Source: the human T2T-CHM13v2.0 reference genome, Homo sapiens. From it: a stretch of 64,000 nucleotides of DNA. The notes beneath the pieces were generated by a model. That model ran no database searches. It was not told the DNA's origin and saw nothing but the letters and a program-made list of their open reading frames with translations. How positions within the stretch are numbered: position 1 is the stretch's first letter; the number at the start of each line of letters is the position of its first letter. The translations under genes and the position numbers were made by a program. Shown here in pieces: positions 52,390 to 64,000 of this stretch. The stretch is taken from assembly GCF_009914755.1 (NCBI RefSeq), contig NC_060936.1; one strand, 5' to 3'.

Positions 52390-54440
52390 TGGTATTTTTT
52401 TGCCAAGCAGATAAGCCAGTATTCCTGTGTGATTCTAATTTATCTGATTAATGGTGAGGACAAACATTTCTTTATAGACTTAATAGCCTTCTATGAATTG
52501 CTTTTTTGTGAGTCTTGCATATTTTTCTATTGGATTTCCTGTGTTTTTCTTACTGATTGTATGAGTTGCTTGTGTATTGGGTAACAAGCTCATTTATTCA
52601 TAGATAAAGGAAGCTTTGTAATGGCCAAAAAACCCTTTAGCCTGTTAAAGCAGAATTGTCACCATTGTATATTATTTTATTCTGAATGGGTCATACATAT
52701 GTATAAAACATTTATGTAAAATGTAAATAATAGTTGTAAAGACTCAGGTGCCACTGCTCCAGTGGCCTCAGAACTATTTATTATTCATCTCTGATTAGAG
52801 ATGTCACCTTTAGCATACACTATGGACATCTGTATACTTAGATCTATTTCTGGACTTTCTATTTTATTTTCCATTCTTGAGTGTTTTTATCAAGAATGGA
52901 TGTTGAATTTTGTCAAACGCCTTTTCAGCTTAGATGGAGATGGTCATATGATTTTTCTCCTCCTATTGAACTACTCTTTGCCTGCCTAGAATAAAATCCC
53001 TTTGATCATGTTATCTCATTATTTTAATGTGCTGTGGAACACTTCTAGCTGATATTTAACTTAGGATTTTTCCTCAACATCTGTGAGTGAAGTTGATCCA
53101 AAGTTTTGTTTTTGTGAATTATTTGCCAGAATTTGTGATACTTGTGATAGTTGCTTTTCTATGAGCTGGAACAATTTAAATAGCAGTGGAATTACCTGCA
53201 TTTTAAGAGCGACGTAGACTTCCCTGGATGTTCTTCCAAGGGAGAGCTCTTTGATAACTTTGTTTTCCATAAAAACTGGTCGTTTAATAGTTTCAACCTT
53301 TTCTGGGGTTATAATAAGTAAATTACATTTTCCTATAAATTTGTCTTTTTTATTATTTTCCAATTTGTTTGCAGAGACTTTAGCAAAGTATCCTCTTGAC
53401 TTTTACTTTGTTTTTGTGATTTGCCCCTTGTTTCTCTTTTTTATATGTGCACTTTCTCACTTTTTTCTTTGTTCCATTAGCTTTCAATTTATCTCAATTG
53501 CTGTTTATATCAAAGGACAAGTTTTGATTTTATTAGTTGCTGTTTCTATTTTCTAGCTCACTAATTTAGTCAGGTATCTTTATGAATTTTTACGCACTTT
53601 TCATTTATTTTGTTGTCTTTTTCAAACTTCTTGAGTTGAATACTTAATTCGATTTTGTTTCATTCTGTAGTTTATGTAAGTATTTAAGGCTGTATCTCCT
53701 TTAAGTACTGCTTAGCTTATAGCTTCTATTACACAAAGTTTTCATTATAATTATTTTTGGATGTTCTACAATTTTGATTTATATTTTTTAGTTGAATCAA
53801 GAGTTGTTTAGAAAAGAATATCTTAATTTCTAAGAGGTAAAGACTTTCATTGTTTGGGTTTTTTGTTATTGTTAATTTTCCTATATTGTCATCAAAGAAT
53901 GTTGTTGTATAATTTTTGTTTGTTGATCGTGAATGAGCATTTGAAAATAAAATATGGGGCTGGTCACAGTGGCTCACGCCTGTAACCCCAGCACTTTGGG
54001 AAGCCGAAGTGGGCAGATCACTTGAGCCCAGGAGTTTGAGACCAGCCTGTTTCAACCTTGCAACATAGCAAAACCCTGTCTCTACAAAAAATACAAAAAT
54101 TAGCCAGACTGGGTGGTGCACACCTGTTACTCCCAAGTAACTTCCAGTTACTTGGGAGGCTGAAGTAGGAGTCACTTGAGCCCAGGGAGGTCGAGGTTGT
54201 GGTGAGCAGTGATCACACCATTGCACTCCAGCCTGGGTGACAGAGTGAGATCCTGTCTCAAAAAAGAAAGAAAGAAAAGAAAATTTGTTCTCTATTTTCA
54301 TGTTATAGCATTTTTCACAAATGTACATACAGATATGAAACACAAGAATGTTAATATTGACATTATAAGTATATATTAATTTGGCCCACTTAATATTTTA
54401 TTGAAGTCTCTTATGTTCTTACTTGCTGATTTTAATTTTC
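52390..54440 (-). mobile_element. Old L1M fragments (antisense ORF2 region)
   Basis: TTTTTATCAAGAATGGATGTTGAATTTTGTCAAA; ORF 53061-53363 QVIPLLFKLFQLIEK resembles ORF2. Confidence 0.75.
53958..54283 (+). mobile_element. AluJ with two small internal insertions
   Basis: GATCACTTGAGCCCAGG; extra bases at 54050-54059 and 54130-54142; (AAAG)n tail. Confidence 0.95.
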
Positions 54441-54754
54441 AAGTGTTTTTTGAATCCTTCATAGTGGTAGTAATAGAAGTAGTAGTGGTGCTGCTGACGA
54501 TGGAGGCTGACATTTATTAAGTGCCTACTATATGCCAGATAATGTGTTCTTTAGCTGGATTATATCACTATCCCATTAACACAACCTTTGTCCAAGCTGC
54601 CATCTTTCACCTAAACTATTACATTAGCCTCCTAATTTATCTCTCAACTTGGCTCTGTCCCACTTAAATCCACACTCTCTGCAGCATAGCCTCTAAGGTG
54701 AGCTTTGAAAACGTTAAGCCATGATACTCAGGTAGTATGTATATACTGTATATA

Positions 54755-54852
54755 CTCTACTGATTCAGATTCAGAGGGTAGGGCCCAGGAAACTTCATTC
54801 TTAAAAATGCCACAGACATTCATTATGCTGACTAAAGTTTTAGAATCACTAG
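54755..54852. mobile_element. MER5-type hAT fragment
   Basis: CTACTGATTCAGA...GGGCCCAGGAA...AAAGTTTTAGAATCACT. Confidence 0.65.
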
Positions 54853-54879
54853 CCTATAGAATAAAGACATAACTAACAT

Positions 54880-56640
54880 CTTTTAAATGCAGCATAGTGT
54901 TCCATTTTTTAATAATATAATATTACTGAGTAATTATAAATATATATTTATAATATAGCATATACAGAGTAAGCAATGAAAGTCCCCCCTTCACATTTCC
55001 CCAATTCTCATTACTCTCCCTCAAGATAGCTAATATCACTATTTGGTGAGCACCCATTCAGTCTCCTGTTTATTTATCATATATGTATATCTGTATACAC
55101 TTATAATATGTGTATATTAAAAGTAAATGAAGGTCTACCTCATTCTGTTTAATGGCTATATGATGTTCCATATATAGATCTATGATAATTTAATGACTCT
55201 TCAATTAGTATTTACATTGTTTCCAATTTTTCACATATTGTTAATAAGGCTGGAATAAACATCTTAGCGCACATGTCCAAGTATTTCCTTACAATAGATT
55301 CATAGAAATTACATTACTCAGTTAAAGCACATGTGCACATATCAGTTAGGAACTTTGGGCTTCAAGTGATAGAAAACTCAATGCAGATCAGTGTAAGCAA
55401 AGAGGAAAATATTAGACTCGTTTGATCCAAACTTTGGGGAGGAACTTGCTTTAGAAAAGATTTGACCCAGTGGACCCCCATTTCTTCCCATCTTTCTCTT
55501 CTACATTCCCTAATATTCACTTCCTCCTAAGGATAGTTCACTTCCTTGATCCCAGTTAGCTGCCAACATCTTCCAAGGCAACAAGATTCCCCATCTACAT
55601 CCATCAAGAAAGGAGGAATGCTTTGACCCTGAATTCTAAGGAAAAGTCCTGAGATTCTCTCTGATTTGATTAGCTTAGGTCATATGGCCACTCCTGCACC
55701 ATCAATCACTGTGGCCAGAGGGATGAAATATCCTGACATGCTTAAGTCATATGCCACTCATCTGAAGCTGTAGATGGGGCCAGCTTACCTAGAAGTGCTT
55801 TGATTCCCAAACAGAAATCACAGGCAGTTGGTGTAGTTAGTTGTCCACAAGAGCGCGTTATTTATTTGAATAGATCAACACCAAATTGCCTTCCAAAAAT
55901 GCCACATTAATTTACACTACCACCAACCATGTATGAAAGTGGCTGTTTCTCAATATCCCCACCAAATTTTCTATTCTTTATATTTTATTCATATTTACCT
56001 AATTTAGTGTTGAAGAGCATCTTTTTGTGACCATCTTTATATTGGCCTCTGGTATTTCTCCTGTAAATTGCCTATTTATGACCTCTATCCATATTTCTGA
56101 TTTTTAGTGACTTATACAAGCTCTGTATACATCCTACACAATAATCAGTCATCCATTAAATAGGCTACAAAGAGTTTTCTCAGCACATTACTCATCTTTT
56201 AACTTTATCATGCTTTTTATTGTGCAAAGATGATTTTTAATTTTTATGGGGTTTTATTTGTCGATCATTTCTTTTATGGCTTCTGGTACTTATGTCTTGT
56301 TTAAGAAGGCCTTTTTCACCTCCAATCTTATAAAAATGTGCTCCAATATAATCACCAAATACTTTTAAATTTCTTTTATGTTCAGCTGCTTAACTCACCT
56401 GAAGTTTATTTTTGTGGGTGATATAAAGTAATGGTCTACTTTCCCTTTTTTATCTACCCATAACTAATTTTCCTAACACTATTAATTGCATAGGTTATAC
56501 TTACCTCCATGGATTTGAAATATCACCTTTATTATAACCTAAATTTCTACTGATGATGCATGGATCTCTCTTGGTCTCTCTATTGCATTGATTTCCACTC
56601 CAGTCTACCACACTATTTTGATCACATCTCTAGCATACAT
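54880..56640 (-). mobile_element. L1ME-type fragments interrupted by an MLT1K-like LTR (about 55340-55850)
   Basis: CCAAATTGCCTTCCAAAAA, TGTCTTGTTTAAGAAGGCCTT; LTR motif CAATCACTGTGGCCAGAGGGATG. Confidence 0.65.
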
Positions 56641-56699
56641 TTTAATGTATATAGGACACGCCCAACCCCTAACACTTTAGCACAGCCTATAAGAATCTC

Positions 56700-57130
56700 T
56701 AAAATTTGAGCCTCGTTTCTTTCTCCAGCCTCCTCCCACATCATCTAGTTCTTTGCCTTTGAGAGTTTAGTAAAACCAAGTGTAGATTATTCCAAACAGA
56801 CACAATTCTGGAACACAGCTTTGTTCCTTTTGTCTCCTCTTCCTAGAATGTCCTGCCCTTTTTCTTTATCTAAGTGACTTTCCTCATCCTTTAAAACTCA
56901 GCTCAGTCAAAATTACTTGCTGGAAACCTTTTCTGAACCCCCAGGTAGGCTTCTCTGCCCTGCGCTCCAATTATGCCATCTACTTCTACCAGACAGAGAT
57001 GACCTCTTCATACATGTGTCTCTCCTGCCACCTTTCCTGTGACAGAGACAATGTTCTGTTCTTCTTTATACTTCCAGCACCTACTACAGTCCCTTGCATA
57101 CAGGAAATGCTTGAAATATATTTGTTAAAT
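56700..57130 (+). mobile_element. L2 fragment
   Basis: CTCATCCTTTAAAACTCAGCTCA, CCAGCACCTACTACAGT...AAATATATTTGTT. Confidence 0.7.
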
Positions 57131-57329
57131 CGAACTGTATTCTTCTCTTCATTTTTTTACCAGTTATATTCTATAAAGATGCATCATCAATTGCATAGAT
57201 CATTCTCCTTTCCGATTCATCTCTAGCAGATAATAATTTCGGAACAAGTGTCAAGGTTCCTGTCCATCCCTCTCCCATCCCCCATCCCAAAAAGAGGAAG
57301 CTCTTTTATGATCGGTTAAGTTCTTTGAC

Positions 57330-57545
57330 ACTGATTTGTTGAGTGACCTTGAACAAGTCAATCACTCTATACCTCAGTTTCCTCATATGCAGAAGATTAA
57401 TAATAGTACTTACCTCACAGAAGTAAAAGACTAATCAAATAAGATTTAAAAGAAAAAAAGTTAAGTCAATCAAGGATTAAAAGAATTAATACAGAAAGCA
57501 CCGAGAACAGGGCTTAACTCATGGCAAGCTCTTAACAAACGCTGG
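57330..57545 (+). mobile_element. MIR
   Basis: GTGACCTTGAACAAGTCA...CCTCAGTTTCCTCAT. Confidence 0.8.
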
Positions 57546-57572
57546 CTGCTACTCCTCTTCTTCTCAGTAAAC

Positions 57573-57622
57573 GTCTCTCCTCTCTCTCCCCTCTCTCTCC
57601 TCTCTCTCTTCTCTCTCCTCTC
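57573..57622. repeat. Imperfect (CT)n tract
   Basis: Seen directly. Confidence 0.9.
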
Positions 57623-58849
57623 CTATGCGGTCTAGGCTTATGTTGGTTTCAGGCCTCTGACGCCAGCTCCTTGAAGGCAGAAGGCATTCCCCATGGGATC
57701 CAGCCTTGCCTTATCAAGCTGCTGTACCACAAGTTCTACCTGAGGTTTAGAGCCAAAACCACCAGAGGTTAAAAAATGTTCTACCTTATTTAATTCCTCT
57801 TTCCCTATATCCTTGTACAACAATTCAGAGACAAGAAGCAAATACAGGGAGGACCCAGGTATTTATGAGTCAAGTGACCCTCTAGCAACAAATTCTCTCA
57901 GCTGCCATCTTCAACAATCATGCTGAAATCATTGAAAAGGAGAGAAAAAAAAACCTGCATTTAAAAACAACCTGATTTTATTCATTATTACTGGTAATAA
58001 GAAATATGACATAAGTCTCTGTAGCTATTCATTGTATTGTATTTTTATCCAATTTAAACTTCCCAATCATGCTTAATCAAGTCCCCTCACTCTACCAGAC
58101 ACTTTGCTTAAATCTGAATATATTCTTTTCTGAATTGCAAATTAATAAAAATTTAGATTAGTTATTCCTAATACTCTATTCCAAAGAAAAATCTGCAATG
58201 AGAATAGTACTACCTTAAGATATGTAGTAAGCATCAGCTTAGGTATAGCTTAGAAGCACAAGTGAAAGTGCCCATCAAGGTGTCTGGTGCCAAACAGTTC
58301 CAAATGGGCCTCATACAGACCCATGTACTGAGAAGGCATTGAGGACACAATGACAGACATGGCTTCTGCAATTTTGGCAGATGACATTACAGATGATGTG
58401 ACAGGACATTTAAGCAAGTCATTACAATACATTATAATATATACATATGGAATACAGCAACTAGGATAGAACCTGGAATACTCAATACTATTGAATGAGT
58501 AGAATGCATTACAGAAAGTATATTAAATACAAGAAATGAAGGAAAGTACTGGGCAAAAAGCAAGTGACTCTGGAAGTAATAAGGAAGGATTAGAAAGAGA
58601 TATCTGAGTAGTATTTTGAATGAGAAGCAAGAGGATAAGAGGATACAGGAAAAAAAGAGCAAGATGGGGCATGTATATTTCAGTAAAGCAAGCACATCCA
58701 AAAAGACAGGGAAGCTTTAAACAGTGTGGTGTGTACAGAGAATGACAAGTTTTTCAATAATGGTGAAGAATAGAGTGCAAGAGGTATGTGACGGAAGTTA
58801 AGCTACTGAGACAAGAAAAAGGAGGAAAAGGAGAAGGAGGAAAACAGCC

Positions 58850-59012
58850 AAGTGCTTTTTGGGTATTTTTCATACATTATCTCATAGAAATTTTGCAAAC
58901 ATCCTATCATATAATAAGTACTATTCCTAATATTCCATTTTACAGATGAAAAACCTGAGGCACAGAAAGGTAAATTAAGTTGTTCAAGGAAAGAGAATTA
59001 GTAAATGGCATG
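58850..59012 (-). mobile_element. MIR
   Basis: CCATTTTACAGATGAAAAACCTGAGGCACAGA. Confidence 0.85.
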
Positions 59013-59281
59013 CTTGTTTGGCCTCTGAAATGTCCATGTTTAGCAATGTATTTTTAAAGTTTGTTTTTATCTGTCAAGCATTTTTAACATTTTAGGTTTT
59101 ATTATAATGATGATTTTTCAGATAAGGATTTATGGATGCTATTTAAAGGGTAAATTGCAAAGGTGAGATTGGTTATTTTCTTTCTTATGAAGTATTAATT
59201 TTTCCTTCTCAGCTAGGCCTTTCCCATCCATGAGAAACACATCATAATATCTTCCAACTTAAAATAAATTCCATTCACTGC

Positions 59282-59684
59282 CATAGTGAATACTGTTGGT
59301 TTCTCTCCTATATCCTTTTTGTAGCAGGTTCGTGAACATCCCAAGATGTTCCTGTCTTCAGAGAATTGCCCTTGGCCGAATGGAAGCAGCCTGGGCCAAT
59401 CATTTACACACTCCCAAATGGGGACAGCTCACAACCCATAACTGACTGGCATGGCAGTGCCGAGGTCCAGCCCTTTGCTTCAAGGTAGGAACAACTTTAT
59501 GGTACAATTCAAACTCCTGTGGGATCGAGCTAAGGCAGACTCCAGCTGAGAACACATCCCTGATTAGCAACATCCCCTCCCCTCTCCTGCTTCCTCTACT
59601 CCCTCATCCCAAGGCATTCCTCTATAAATCGCATTCACCCAAATCTCTATCTCAAGCTGCGATTTTAAGAAATTCTACCTAACA
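59282..59684 (+). mobile_element. LTR16C-like ERVL solo LTR
   Basis: GAGAATTGCCCTTGGCCGAA, GTGGGATC...AGACTCCAGCTGAGA, TCCTGCTTCC. Confidence 0.85.
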
Positions 59685-59689
59685 TTCCT

Positions 59690-61632
<1,943 letters not shown>

Positions 61633-62647
61633 CAGAGGGCAGCAAGGAAGCCTTTTAAATGTTTCACCGAGCTATGATGAGATATGAATTAGGAAAGCAG
61701 CAGTAGGAATTGGAGGGATGAAGTGGCCTAGCCAAACAGACATGGTAAGTAGGATCAACTAAATGGGGTATGAGAGAGAAGAAATTTAAGGAAATTATTT
61801 TGAGATACTAGTGAAGGTAAAAGGCTTAGGAGATGGTGGTGCCCAAAAGCAGAAAAGAAAATGCAAAAGGAAGAACCAGGTTGAGGATGAATACAACAAA
61901 CCAAAGTTATAAGAAGTAGGCAGACATCTATGTGGCCTATCTAGCAGGCAGCTGGATATTTGGCTTTATTAACAAAAGAAATCAGAACTATAACTGTGGT
62001 TTTAAAAATCACCAAGATACACTGTTATTCAAAGCCATGGGACTGAATGAGGCAGCCCAAGGGAAGAGTATGATCAAGAAAAAAAGGGAAGAAGACAAAG
62101 CTTGGGGAGCATCCACACATTATAAGTGTACAGATAAAGGAAAAACTGGTGAAAGAGACTGGTAGGAAGGAAAGAAAATAAGAATGTCTTTTAGAAGTAC
62201 TGAAATGTATGTCAAGCAACAGTAACTGCTGAAATGATATAAATTATATCGACTAAAAACTTTTTCAATGTTGTCAAAAATCACTAAAATAGAAGTGGGA
62301 GAATATAGGAATTTCGTAACTCCTGAAAAACTGGAGCAAATGGAGCATTTGTGCCTGCCAGTGTGGAAATAGCGAGATCTTCTGAGCTTTTTCCTTATCT
62401 TCCAGATGAATTCAGCCTCTAATGCATTCTTAAGACTCACAAGACTTCTGTACATTTGGCACAGCCAGTTATATTTTCATTATCTCATTATCCTTTGCCT
62501 TGGCTTTCAAGACTCACTTATCTAACAATGTTCTAACTGGTTTTACAAGGTCTCATTTCATTAACTCTTCTTTGTTACAAAAATGTAATTATTTTGTGGT
62601 CATTACTTCCCCTCAGTCTATGGCACAAACCCTTTGTTTTCTGTGTA

Positions 62648-63053
62648 CAGTTGCTCCTCGGCTTGGGATGGTAAATTATGTCCAAACAAACCCATCATAT
62701 ATTAGAAATATCATAAGTGGAAACGCATTTAATACACCTAACCTACTGAACATCATAGCTTACTTAGCCTCACCTACCTTAAATGTGCTGAGAACACATC
62801 AGCCTGCAGTTGGGCAAAATGATCTCGCAACTGGACACTGCATAGTATCGGTTGTTTACTGTCCTGATCAGTGGCTAACTGGAGCTGCTGCAGCCCAGCA
62901 TTAGGAAAGGGTATTGTATTGCGTATCTCTAGCTCAGGAAAATATCAAAATTCAAAACTGGAAGTACAGTTTCTACTGAATGCATATTGTTTTCACTCAT
63001 TCTGAAAAGTTGAAAAATCATGAGTCCAACCATCATAAGTCAGGGACCATCTA
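62648..63053 (+). mobile_element. MER47B (Tigger5-derived) DNA transposon
   Basis: TA|CAGTTGCTCCTCG ... GGGACCATCTA|TA; GCATTTAATACACCTAACCTACTGAACATCATAGCTT. Confidence 0.88.
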
Positions 63054-64000
63054 TATTATTAGCAACATCTTCAGAATTGAACACCTCTTTCTGCCTTCTC
63101 CACCTTTTGGCATAAGAAATTATCCTCTCCCCCTAAGAAGGTCTCTAACAATAAGTAATTCATGATGTCTAAGTACCCACATATTTTGTACCAAACAGGC
63201 TACCTTCAGCAGTAATGGAAATGGTAATTATTTACTCTGGGAGCCCTGTCAAGGTTTCTGTAAAAATCATTGCTATGCTGCTAAATTGGACTAGGAGTTG
63301 CCTCCTTTTCTACTATTGATCTTATGAGTGAATTATCCCCAAAAAACTTTCCAGTGTGCTATTGGCTAATTCACTGACAGTGCAATATATATTAGGTTGA
63401 ATGTGAATAGCACACATCTTATTCGTAATATGTTTTGGATGCACAAATTTGAAATTTATGTCAATGTTCCTAAGCAACGTAATACAGATGAAAAAATACA
63501 ATTCCCAATGTAACATTCAGTGTTCGTAAATATGCCATCTTGGAAATTACAGCAAGCAATGTAGAAAGTAAGAAAATCAATTGACTCTGGGCACCAATAC
63601 TATTTCTCAGGGCAAAAGTCTATCTCATGTGGCAATAAATGCACCTCTGTCCTTATAAGGAATGTTGTACTATGATGAAATAGTGACTACACTATTTATA
63701 TCATTTATGTTTTAATCCCCTGGTTGCTAGGTGGGGATAAGTCTTCATAGATGCTAATCCACATGTTGTCACACTGGGGTGGGGGTTGTTAAGGTAGTGA
63801 CGGTATAATCATGGGAGTAGTAAAGTGTCTGGAGGCCTGAACAGAATGGGGACGTATTCCTGCTAATGTTGTAATCTCAATTCATAGAAGATGAGGTCAA
63901 GTTAACTTTTGAATTTGACTTTTTAAAATTACGTATACACATATTATATAGATACATACATACGTGATTCTTTGGCTGTGAAATTGTGGCCTTAGTCATT

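Noticed and set aside
53729-54343. 204-aa minus-strand ORF, and similar ORFs at 18984-19478 and 37922-38368
   Set aside because: Antisense Alu translations ([21 protein letters not shown])
56497-56506. ATACTTACCT, identical to the U1 snRNA 5' end
   Set aside because: Only 10 nt match, lies in L1ME sequence; not a U1 pseudogene

Overview
Primate (human-like) AT-rich non-genic DNA, intergenic or deep intronic. I find no recognisable host protein-coding exon, RNA gene or CpG island, and I cannot name the locus. Roughly half the window is interspersed repeat: about 13 AluJ/AluS copies, one near full-length dead L1PA7/8-type LINE-1 (40133-46216), several truncated L1PA/PB/MA/MB/ME copies, L2 and MIR fragments, MaLR/ERVL/ERV1 solo LTRs, DNA-transposon fossils, and a decayed ERVL-type gag-protease segment (about 29960-31284, minus). 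Repeat family names come from my recollection of consensus sequences, not from a database search, and boundaries of old elements are approximate. The most interesting signals are structural. (1) An 8.6-kb nest in which one 13-15 bp target site appears four times, bracketing an AluJ, the full-length L1 and a ~400-bp polyadenylated orphan retrocopy. (2) A probable L1 3' transduction at 14176-14255. (3) Several template-switch or templated-insertion scars, including a perfect 34-bp inverted copy taken from 1.6 kb away. I see no evidence for a new gene system; these are locus-specific fossils of known mechanisms.
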